Source: Bdellovibrionales bacterium
Lineage (GTDB): Bacteria; Bdellovibrionota; Bdellovibrionia; Bdellovibrionales; UBA1609
DNA length: 32,000 bases
NCBI GenBank assembly: GCA_965247685.1
Contig: OZ252021.1
Coordinates: 360,001 to 392,000, forward strand
Direction of reading: 5' to 3'
In this document: in pieces, positions 18,512 to 26,046 of the stretch
How the letters are laid out: each line of letters opens with the position of its first letter
Numbering within the stretch: position 1 is the first letter of the stretch
Notes under the pieces: generated by a model
The model's database searches: none
The model's input: the letters and a program-made list of their open reading frames with translations, nothing else
What the model was told of the DNA's origin: nothing
Made by a program: the position numbers and the translations under genes

Positions 18512-18769
18512 ATGACAAAAGCGGATCGACTTATTTTTCTTTTCAGTTTTGGTATTCTTATTGCAAGTGTCATCTATATCATTAGTAATAATCATAAACA
18601 AAGTGTTTCAAGAAACAATGCATGGATAGAAGAAAGAGAAAGGAATGTATCTGATACATTTGACATAAGTGTTTGGAAAACTTATCACGAACGAGAAATG
18701 GCTTTACTAAGTGAAATCCTCATAGAATTAAGAAGACGAAACGAAGCTCTTTCTACTAAAACTTTATAA
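18512..18769 (+). CDS. 85-aa single-pass membrane protein, copy A; function unknown
   Basis: SD-like AAGGA 6 nt upstream. One TM helix (LIFLFSFGILIASVIYII) plus a charged helical tail. About 90% identical to the ORF at 22098-22355, with conservation of the reading frame. Confidence 0.6.
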   Translation: MTKADRLIFLFSFGILIASVIYIISNNHKQSVSRNNAWIEERERNVSDTFDISVWKTYHEREMALLSEILIELRRRNEALSTKTL

Positions 18770-18927
18770 AAATTATTTATATCTCTAAAAAAATCTAAGT
18801 GATACATCAAAACAAGATTATTTTGAGCACCCACATGTCCTTGCTGGGCTGCCTTTTCAATGGATCCATTTTGAGCAAGTGAAAAACTTTGAAATATTAA
18901 TAAAAAGGTTATAATTAATTTTTTCAT
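18685..18927 (-). pseudogene. Probable truncated Sel1-repeat protein fragment
   Basis: MKKLIITFLLIFQSFSLAQ signal peptide followed by a single Sel1-like unit (AAQQGHVGAQNNLVLMY). The ORF then runs antisense into the 85-aa gene and loses similarity. Confidence 0.3.
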
Positions 18928-19067
18928 ACTAAGTTTTATCTTAAAATAAATGTTACTCATAATTATTTACAATATGTTTTATATTTAAAAATACCAATCT
19001 TTTCCCCTTTTATAAAACTCCGACTTAATTCTTTCTATTTTAACAAACATAACAATTATTTTTTCCT

Positions 19068-19558
19068 TACTATTTAAAAGCAAATTATTGGAGTAAGAAT
19101 TTTTATTTATCTATCTATCAAGGTTGTTATATTTTTCCCGTAGATCCTCGTAAAATCCTCGTAAAATAAGTTCAAAATTCATCATAAAACATAAAAATCA
19201 CTTTTTAAACCCCTGCAAATACACATTCAAGAACCTTTTTTCTTCTAAGAAGTAAGTGCTAAAAATAGTGCTTATTTTTTTGGGGTTTTTTGTAGGGTCA
19301 AGGTGCATAAACGTCAAAAATCAACTTTTTTAAATATATACAATTAAGGAGAAAAAATTATGAAAAATTTAATAAAAAATAAACGAGGGTTTTCACTCAT
19401 TGAGCTAATGGTCGTTGTGGCTATCATGGGAACATTGGCGGCGATTGCAATTCCTGCATACAATGAATATAGGAAGTCAGCAAAGAAGACTGCTTATAAG
19501 TCAGACTTACTATCGCTGCATAGAGGTTGGCTCGCTTTCGGTGTTGAGCTGGATTCTT
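19068..19558. repeat. Copy 2 of the ~500-bp direct repeat
   Basis: Carries the last 29 nt of the integrase reading frame (tactatttaaaagcaaattattggagtaag) without any integrase gene upstream. Followed by the same promoter region and pilin 5' end. Confidence 0.9.
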
Positions 19559-19847
19559 ATTGTGCAAGAGAGACTAAACCACGAGAGGCTACATTATCTA
19601 ACGTAGGAATGGTATCTCTCTTTTCTAGTAAACTTTATGGCAATCAAGGATCAGCAGCAGACGCCAATTGTAATGTTGGTGTCCAGGGCCTTCCGCTTGT
19701 GTATTGGGGATTACTACATATAGAATGGGAGTTGCAGGACATATATCTGGTGACCAGTATGTAGGAATAAATGTAGTACAAACTGGTATTTTGGATGAAA
19801 ATGATAGTGCTGCTGCTACAGCCTCACTTAGTGATGCTTGTACTTAA
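19360..19847 (+). pseudogene. Type IV pilin paralog interrupted by a frameshift (or sequencing error)
   Basis: The first 66 aa are almost identical to pilin 1. Frame 1 stops at 19764. The conserved C-terminal motif [17 protein letters not shown](V/Y)G is found in another frame (open 19674-19847, ending DACT-stop). The shift must lie between 19674 and about 19712. Confidence 0.7.
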
Positions 19848-19876
19848 TACTTTGATTGTCTAATTTTAAGAAGAGA

Positions 19877-19912
19877 AGGACGGCTTGGATTTTCTTGCCG
19901 TCCTTTTTTTTA
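19877..19912 (+). terminator. Rho-independent terminator after pilin 2
   Basis: aggacggc (19877-19884) pairs with gccgtcct (19897-19904), followed by T8. Confidence 0.8.
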
Positions 19913-19964
19913 TGATTACTATGAATAGAATCAATGTTATTCTTGCTTTTAACAAAAAAGTAAG

Positions 19965-21791
19965 ATGAAATTTATAAAATATAATATTTCTCCTTTAATT
20001 ACAGTTATCCTTCTATCCTTATTATTTTGCGGACACAGGTGTTTTGACATTTTCGTTAATAGGAGGCAGATACTTCAATCTTCTTTAGATGTTGTTCATC
20101 CTTTAGCTTTAATGTTTCTTGCAGATACTTTTTTCTTTTTCATATGGAATATACCATTTTTTATAACCTACCTACTTTGTGAGCATCTTAAAAAAGATGT
20201 AAATTTTTCTAAAAGGAATATTTTATTTATTTTTCTTAATCTTCCAGTGTTTCTTTTATTTCTAATTGATGCTCAAACATTATCCGTAAGAGAACAAGTC
20301 TTTAATTTAGAAATGATAAAAACTGTTCAAATCGAACAATTATTTAGTATTTTTGTTTTTATTAAAGATTATTGGTGGGTTTTAGCAGCGCTGTTACTCC
20401 CGTCCATTTATTTTGTCGGTAGAGTCTATACCTCTTTACTGAAAAAGAAAATCTTTTCTAAGATTGGTTTTATTTTTTTAATAAGCTTTATTGCATTTAG
20501 CTTCACAGCTTATAAACCTAGTTTTTACAAATATCTTTCTCTTGAAGATTACCATACAAGTATTTTATCCACTGATTTATGGTACAATGGAATGGCCTAT
20601 AGAATGCTTCTTTTAGTGAATAAAAGGTTTGATCCACGATACTGTAACACTAGTTTTTTTAGCTCCTTAAGTATACCCTCGAACTTTTATAAAAAGAGTT
20701 TATCTTCATCTCAATTAAGAAAAGATAAAAACGCCATTATTATTGTTATCGAAAGCTTTAATTACAAATATATAAAACCAGATATTACCCCGTTTCTTTA
20801 TAATCTCACTCAAAAAGGTCTTTACAATGAAAAGCATATCACTAATTCTTCTTCAACTGGAGATGCTATCAAATCTATTCTAGGTAGTAAATTTAACAAG
20901 CTTGTTAAATTATCTTTATACGAAGATCCTTTATTTAACATATTTAAAAAAAATAACTATAAAACTTTCTTTTTCTTTGGAGGTAAAAAAAATACTTATA
21001 CTTTTGATAAGATGGCAGAGAGATACGGTATTAGTTATTTTTTTTCAAAAGAAAATTATGTAAATGCAATTAAAGATAAAAGTCACATAGACAGTCAAGG
21101 AGATGTTTTTGATGATAAATTCTTTCCTTATTCTGCTGAAAAGCTAAAAAAGGAAAAGAGTCCCTTTTTTGCAATTATGCTTACTAATAACCCTCACTTT
21201 CCTTTTGATTGCCCTAAAAATAGTTCTGATTTCACTGAGGAGAAAAGGTATACGGAATGCTTAAGGTATATTGATAAAACTTTAGAATCTTTTGTAAAAG
21301 CATTAGAGGATACAAATACTTTATTTGCTATCACAGGGGATCACATAACTAGAATACAAATGGATCAAGTTTACTATTTTGATAAATATAGAGTTCCTTT
21401 AATTTTTTACTCAAAGAATGAAAATCTAAGTTTATATGAAAATGACCTAACATCACATATGGATATTTTACCAAGTGTAATTGATTTTTTAAATTTATCT
21501 GAAGATTTCTCTCCTATACAGAATTCAATTTTTGATTCTATTAAAAATAAAATTTTTAATTATTCTTACCACAACAAATTCCTACTAGCTGAGGAAGATT
21601 ATGTGGTAGAGTACTCTTGCTTTTCAAATAAGTTTAATTTGTTCAATATAAATAGTTACAAAATAGATGGTATGAATGAAGCTATAAAAAAATCTGTTTT
21701 AAAAGAACGATATGTAAACAATCTTAAAACCTTTATCCAATACAGCTTTCAGGGTTTAGGAAATAGATCGCCATCTTCAGAAACAGATTGA
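19965..21791 (+). CDS. LtaS/OpgB-type membrane-anchored sulfatase-superfamily (phospho-substituent transferase-like) enzyme
   Basis: About 5 N-terminal TM helices followed by an alkaline-phosphatase/sulfatase-type domain: NAIIIVIESFNYKYI (metal/nucleophile region) and FAITGDHITR (GDH motif). Confidence 0.7.
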   Translation: MKFIKYNISPLITVILLSLLFCGHRCFDIFVNRRQILQSSLDVVHPLALMFLADTFFFFIWNIPFFITYLLCEHLKKDVNFSKRNILFIFLNLPVFLLFLIDAQTLSVREQVFNLEMIKTVQIEQLFSIFVFIKDYWWVLAALLLPSIYFVGRVYTSLLKKKIFSKIGFIFLISFIAFSFTAYKPSFYKYLSLEDYHTSILSTDLWYNGMAYRMLLLVNKRFDPRYCNTSFFSSLSIPSNFYKKSLSSSQLRKDKNAIIIVIESFNYKYIKPDITPFLYNLTQKGLYNEKHITNSSSTGDAIKSILGSKFNKLVKLSLYEDPLFNIFKKNNYKTFFFFGGKKNTYTFDKMAERYGISYFFSKENYVNAIKDKSHIDSQGDVFDDKFFPYSAEKLKKEKSPFFAIMLTNNPHFPFDCPKNSSDFTEEKRYTECLRYIDKTLESFVKALEDTNTLFAITGDHITRIQMDQVYYFDKYRVPLIFYSKNENLSLYENDLTSHMDILPSVIDFLNLSEDFSPIQNSIFDSIKNKIFNYSYHNKFLLAEEDYVVEYSCFSNKFNLFNINSYKIDGMNEAIKKSVLKERYVNNLKTFIQYSFQGLGNRSPSSETD

Positions 21792-21802
21792 TACTTCTTT
21801 AA

Positions 21803-21835
21803 AACGAAAGTTCTCCCTTTTTTTTGTCTTTTCAA
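21803..21835. repeat. 33-bp repeat T33a (right half of terminator hairpin + T-run + gtcttttcaa)
   Basis: aacgaaagttctccc-T8-gtcttttcaa matches 23968-23999 (T7 there). Here the left hairpin arm is missing. Confidence 0.85.
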
Positions 21836-21885
21836 CAATGATTATTTTATAACTCAAGTCTCAACGCATTATTTATAAAACTAGA

Positions 21886-21951
21886 ATGGAAAATATTTAA
21901 TGTTTTGAATCTAATAATATTGTATCAAAACAAATCATAATCCCTATAAAA
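21886..21951. repeat. 66-bp repeat R66a
   Basis: atggaaaatatttaatgttttgaatctaataatattgtatcaaaacaaatcataatccctataaaa matches 26717-26782 at 64/66 positions. Confidence 0.92.
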
Positions 21952-22039
21952 CACGGTTTTTCTTTTCAAGAGACAGCTTGTGAAATAGAATTCTTATTTC
22001 AATTAAAGAAAGTGGTTTCATGGCAATAACTACTTGTTT

Positions 22040-22386
22040 AATCTCTGGAAATGGTTTAGTATTTCCTTTACTGCCTCCTTTTTTATAAGGATATAATATG
22101 ACAAAAGCTGATCGACTTATTTTTCTTTTAAGTTTTGGTATTCTTATTGCAAGTGTCATCTATATCATTAGCAATAATCATAGAGAAAACGTTTCAAGAA
22201 ACAATGCATGGATAGAAGAAAGAAACAAGAATGTATCTGATACATTTGACATACGTGTTTGGAAAACTTACCACGAACGAGAGATGGCTTTACTAAGTGA
22301 AATTCTCATAGAATTAAGAAAACGAAACGAAGCTCTTTCTACTAAAACTTTATAAAAAGTATTCATATCTCTAAAAAAATCTAGCT
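22040..22386. repeat. Copy 2 of the ~350-bp repeat carrying the 85-aa ORF
   Basis: See 18451-18800. Confidence 0.85.
22098..22355 (+). CDS. 85-aa single-pass membrane protein, copy B
   Basis: Paralog of 18512-18769. The differences are mostly conservative (KQSVS/RENVS, RERNV/RNKNV). Same SD context. Confidence 0.6.
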   Translation: MTKADRLIFLLSFGILIASVIYIISNNHRENVSRNNAWIEERNKNVSDTFDIRVWKTYHEREMALLSEILIELRKRNEALSTKTL

Positions 22387-22442
22387 GATTTATGTATTAT
22401 CTTTAAGGGTAATAACGGAAGAAAACTGACCCTTTCCTCATA

Positions 22443-22490
22443 TTAAAAGCCTACATTCAATATGGTTTTCATGGATTGGAGGAACAGTAA
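22443..22490 (+). pseudogene. Remnant of the 3' end of a second LtaS-like gene
   Basis: Translation LKAYIQYGFHGLEEQ-stop aligns with the C-terminus of the 19965-21791 product (LKTFIQYSFQGLGNR...). A stop codon lies just upstream (22413), so only a fragment remains. Confidence 0.35.
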
Positions 22491-22645
22491 CCCTGAATTA
22501 GAAAGCTTTAGCACCACTATATGTTATTTTTATTAAACTTTTCTATTGTTTGTGCATAAGCTAAATGCCCCTGCATTTTTTCTTTATTTTTCAGAGAGAC
22601 ATAAAAAATAAACTTATCACTTACAGCTAGTCCCTTTTTGTACTT

Positions 22646-23680
22646 TTAAATCGATGAAATTTCATCTAAAAACAATTGTATATCTTTCTTAGTTTTTTGA
22701 TCATGAAAATCAATATTTTCCTTTTTTAAACAGTAATCAGAGGTGAAAAAGGATATTCGACCAATGTTGTCAAAATTTAATTTTATACGAGATTTTGCTA
22801 TTTTTGAATATTTCTTAATAGACAAGTCCCAAAGATAGTAAGAGATTTTAAATCGATCTAAAGTTACTTCATAAGAATCCATAGTAAAACATTGAACTGG
22901 TCCACCTCCACGAAATGCGCTTCCAAACAACGAAAGAAATATCATTTCAGAATCCATTCTATCAGCTTGAAGTTTCATCCTTGCATTTCCACTATTTAGA
23001 ATACCATTAACTATGTCCGTTCTGCGATCGGACTTCATACTAGACATAGCTTTCCTAATTTTCCAAGAATTACTCCATATTTGAAAAAATGGAGGAACAA
23101 ATTGATAAGTATTCACCATTCCACACATATTCCTATCAATAGATTCAGATAAATCTTTTTTGAATGAATCAGATTTTTCTCCAAAACATCCAAACCTAGT
23201 AAAATCGTAGCACAGAAATCTATTTATCATTAAAATATCCAAGACTGAATTACTATTTAAAGTATGTTTATATTCAGGCTCTAAAAGAGTATATAAGTTT
23301 TTATATGCTACCGTCTTATTTATATTTTGTTTCTTTGATTTAATTCTTTTTGATAAAAATTCGTTAAACCCTTCTTTAGTTATTTTTTCTTTAAGTCGTT
23401 TAGTGTAAATATCAAGGGCTGTATCAAAGAAACTCACAGAATCATCAGCTGACTTTAGTGATTTATCTATGTTTTTATATATCGATTCTTTTAATTCTTT
23501 ATCTATACCGAATTCTTTATCAATCTGATGTTGAGAAATCCCATAAAATTCTATCGTTGATGCTATAGATATAGCCATCTTTTTATCTTTCATGTGAGGG
23601 AATATATGTTTATAAAAATTGGGGGTTTTAGTACCAAATATCTTTCCCATTATGCTATTATCTAAATAAATCTTTTCCAA
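22646..23680 (-). CDS. Hypothetical 344-aa cytoplasmic protein (orphan gene in defence island)
   Basis: Long ORF with no TM helix and no signal peptide. No motif confidently recognised. The N-terminal KIYLDNSIMGKIF weakly resembles the first strand of PIN-like domains. Confidence 0.6.
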   Translation of the reverse strand: MEKIYLDNSIMGKIFGTKTPNFYKHIFPHMKDKKMAISIASTIEFYGISQHQIDKEFGIDKELKESIYKNIDKSLKSADDSVSFFDTALDIYTKRLKEKITKEGFNEFLSKRIKSKKQNINKTVAYKNLYTLLEPEYKHTLNSNSVLDILMINRFLCYDFTRFGCFGEKSDSFKKDLSESIDRNMCGMVNTYQFVPPFFQIWSNSWKIRKAMSSMKSDRRTDIVNGILNSGNARMKLQADRMDSEMIFLSLFGSAFRGGGPVQCFTMDSYEVTLDRFKISYYLWDLSIKKYSKIAKSRIKLNFDNIGRISFFTSDYCLKKENIDFHDQKTKKDIQLFLDEISSI

Positions 23681-23838
23681 TTAATACTCCTTAAAAACCA
23701 ATAGAAACCATCAAGCAATTATCCCATTCCTAACAACCACACGTCTGACACTGGTAATATGCCATTTTCCACCCGTCCTTATTGGGACATTGTCAGCGTT
23801 TAAAGTATCTGTTTTCTTTCCTCATATCTCACTTACAA

Positions 23839-23866
23839 TTGACATAATTTAATTATAATATACAAT
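23839..23866 (+). promoter_or_regulatory. Near-consensus sigma70-type promoter (TTGACA-16 nt-TACAAT)
   Basis: ttgaca at 23839-23844, a 16-nt AT-rich spacer, and tacaat at 23861-23866. Confidence 0.5.
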
Positions 23867-23872
23867 TTAGTA

Positions 23873-23989
23873 ACGATCAATCGGATGTAAATGAAACTTG
23901 TACTTAATTGATAAATTTGAAACTGTGGTTTGTTTAGATGCTACCACAGTATAAGATCAAAAGGGAGAACGAAAGTTCTCCCTTTTTTT
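23873..23989 (+). ncRNA. Candidate ~115-nt small RNA or terminated leader upstream of the CBASS operon
   Basis: Bounded by the promoter above and a strong terminator. Contains an internal perfect 8-bp hairpin (actgtggt 23922-23929 / accacagt 23943-23950). The only ORF inside it is 6 codons long. Confidence 0.3.
23963..23989 (+). terminator. Rho-independent terminator
   Basis: gggagaac-gaaa-gttctccc followed by T7. No plus-strand CDS precedes it. Confidence 0.8.
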
Positions 23990-23999
23990 GTCTTTTCAA
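23968..23999. repeat. 32-bp repeat T33b
   Basis: Matches 21803-21835. Confidence 0.85.
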
Positions 24000-24045
24000 T
24001 TGTGTGGAATATTATTGCAATCACCACTCCTGCCTTCTTTTTCCT

Positions 24046-24073
24046 TTGACTTTTATATAATTTATGTTATAAT
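24046..24073 (+). promoter_or_regulatory. Putative sigma70-type promoter of the CBASS operon (TTGACT-16 nt-TATAAT)
   Basis: ttgact at 24046-24051 and tataat at 24068-24073, about 50 nt upstream of the capV-like GTG start. Confidence 0.5.
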
Positions 24074-24124
24074 AAGTCATAATAAAAAAATATATTCATT
24101 TTAAGAGATTTTTTAAAGGACCAT

Positions 24125-25090
24125 GTGAAAATACAATCGAGTAACTCAACTATAAACAATAAAGAAAACCAGAAACCTTTCAAAATTCTTGCTCTAGACG
24201 GAGGCGGGGTGCGTGGAATCTTACCCGCTCAAATATTGGCACTTATAGAAGAAAAACTTAATATCAGCATATACGAAAATTTTGACCTTATTGTCGGAAC
24301 GAGTACAGGAAGCATTATTGCTGGAGCCATATCAACTAAATACCCATTATCTAAGTTAACAAAAAAATACGCACAATTTGCTCCTAAAATTTTCAAGAAG
24401 TCTCTTTTTAGGCATGGATTCTTTAAATCAAAATATAGCTCAAAGCCTTTAGAAAATTTTTTAAAAGAAGTGTTTGAGGAAAGAAAACTAGGAAATTTGG
24501 AAAAACCTCTAATTATTAACGCAACAAATGTAAGCACTGGAAATGTTATTATTTTCAAATCAAAATACCAAGAAGAAATGAGAAACGGGGAAGATTATAC
24601 TAGAGACAAAAAAATACCTCTGTTTAAGGCTATATTAGCTTCGTGTTCTGCTCCAATTTATTTTAATCCTGTAAATATAGATGGTTCTCTTATTTCTGAT
24701 GGTGGTCTTTGGGCAAACAATCCTTCACTTGTAGGCTATACGGATGCAATCAGAAATTTCAACGCAAAAAATATAAGAATTTTTTCTTTAGGCACAGGAA
24801 AAACTTCAATATCCAATGATTCCTCAAAATGGGGCTGGGGGAAATGTAGTGGATGGGGAGGTGTTAAATTAGTAGACCTTGTAATGTCTTGTCAAACAAC
24901 ATTCCCCTCAAATATACTTAACCTCATTAACAAGGAGAACACTCTAAGAATTAATCCAAGTATTGATGATTGCCCACTTGATGATTATGAGAAAATACCT
25001 AGTTTAAGCGCATTAGCACAGCAAGAATTTAACAATCGAAATATCGAAATCAAAAACTTTTTAACATTAGGAGGTAAAAGTGGAACATGA
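24125..25090 (+). CDS. capV: Patatin-like phospholipase (CBASS effector, CapV-like)
   Basis: LALDGGGVRG (oxyanion GGGxRG), GTSTG (GxSxG nucleophile) and SDGGLWANNP (catalytic Asp-Gly). GTG start with AAGGA upstream. The 3' end overlaps the next gene by 11 nt. Confidence 0.85.
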   Translation: MKIQSSNSTINNKENQKPFKILALDGGGVRGILPAQILALIEEKLNISIYENFDLIVGTSTGSIIAGAISTKYPLSKLTKKYAQFAPKIFKKSLFRHGFFKSKYSSKPLENFLKEVFEERKLGNLEKPLIINATNVSTGNVIIFKSKYQEEMRNGEDYTRDKKIPLFKAILASCSAPIYFNPVNIDGSLISDGGLWANNPSLVGYTDAIRNFNAKNIRIFSLGTGKTSISNDSSKWGWGKCSGWGGVKLVDLVMSCQTTFPSNILNLINKENTLRINPSIDDCPLDDYEKIPSLSALAQQEFNNRNIEIKNFLTLGGKSGT

Positions 25091-26042
25091 ACTGTTTTTC
25101 AAAGATTTTTTAAAAGATGAGGTTAATTTAAATAAAACCAGAATAGACACTCTAGAAGAAAGAAAAGAATCTATTACAAATTATCTGAACACAAATCTTA
25201 GTGGCTACAAAAAATTTAGTGAGCAAGGCTCCTATGCACATAAAACTATTATCAAACCCGTTGATACTAACGATAGCTTTGATGTTGATATTTTAGTTTA
25301 TATAAAGAATGATGATTTCACTCCAAAGGATTTTAAAGAAGACTATGTGGATACAATTTATCAGGTTTTTAAAGGAAATGATAATTATGTAGATAAAATT
25401 ACAAAGAACACTCGTTGTGTAACTATTAAATATGCTGGAGATTTTCATTTAGATATTGTTCCCTGCGTTGAAAAGGATAGTACTTACTATATATGTAATA
25501 GAAACAATAAAGAGTATGAAAAAACTGATGGTGATGGATACAAACAATGGCTGATTGGAAAAAATGAAATTACTGGAAATAATAATTTAAGAAAGGTAAC
25601 TCGTATTTTAAAATTTTTAAGAGATTATAAAAATACATTTTCAGTCAAATCCATACTACTCACTACAATTTTAGGTAATCAAGTTGGTAATGCTGAAAAT
25701 TTTTCTAATTTCCCAACAGCCTTGAAAGAGATTTCTAATAGACTAAATGATTTTCTTCAACAAAACGAAAATATGCCTATAATTGCAAACCCAGTCCTCC
25801 CTGAAGAAGACTTTAACAGACATTGGGATCAGATAAAATATAAAAATTTTAGGGAAAAGTTTAATTCTTATAATGAGAAGATTAATAAAGCATTTAAGGA
25901 AACAAAAAATAATGAAAGCGTAAAAAAATGGAGAGAAATATTTGGAGATACATTTGGAAGACTCATAGAAGGACCTAAAGAACCAAATAAATTATATAAT
26001 AAGACAATAGTGGCAACTAAACCATACTCCGAAAAGTTATAA
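25080..26042 (+). CDS. SMODS-type nucleotidyltransferase (CD-NTase, cGAS/DncV-like)
   Basis: Pol-beta NTase signature GSYAHKTIIKP...FDVDILVY plus the third acidic residue in FHLDIVPC. GTG start preceded by GGAGG. Positioned directly after the patatin gene, as in capV-dncV operons. Confidence 0.8.
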   Translation: MEHELFFKDFLKDEVNLNKTRIDTLEERKESITNYLNTNLSGYKKFSEQGSYAHKTIIKPVDTNDSFDVDILVYIKNDDFTPKDFKEDYVDTIYQVFKGNDNYVDKITKNTRCVTIKYAGDFHLDIVPCVEKDSTYYICNRNNKEYEKTDGDGYKQWLIGKNEITGNNNLRKVTRILKFLRDYKNTFSVKSILLTTILGNQVGNAENFSNFPTALKEISNRLNDFLQQNENMPIIANPVLPEEDFNRHWDQIKYKNFREKFNSYNEKINKAFKETKNNESVKKWREIFGDTFGRLIEGPKEPNKLYNKTIVATKPYSEKL

Positions 26043-26046
26043 TTAT

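Larger units (their letters stand above)
18451..18800. repeat. Copy 1 of ~350-bp direct repeat (terminator + 85-aa ORF + ~30 nt downstream)
   Basis: Aligns with 22040-22386. In copy 2 the terminator stem is degenerate (ggaaatgg...ctgcctcc). Confidence 0.85.

Noticed and set aside
16901-19606. ORFs 16901-17203(-), 17766-18029(+), 18079-18303(-), 19415-19606(+)
   Set aside because: They are alternative-frame or antisense ORFs within the integrase and pilin genes. Those in pilin 1 arise from its locally higher GC content.
21944-22159. 71-aa minus-strand ORF spanning R66a and the start of the 85-aa gene
   Set aside because: It crosses repeat and terminator relics and overlaps the conserved 85-aa gene start. 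There is no conserved counterpart at the other repeat copy.
23873-23989. Retron msr/msd or type III toxin-antitoxin RNA
   Set aside because: There is no reverse transcriptase and no ToxN-like gene nearby. There are also no tandem RNA repeats in the region.
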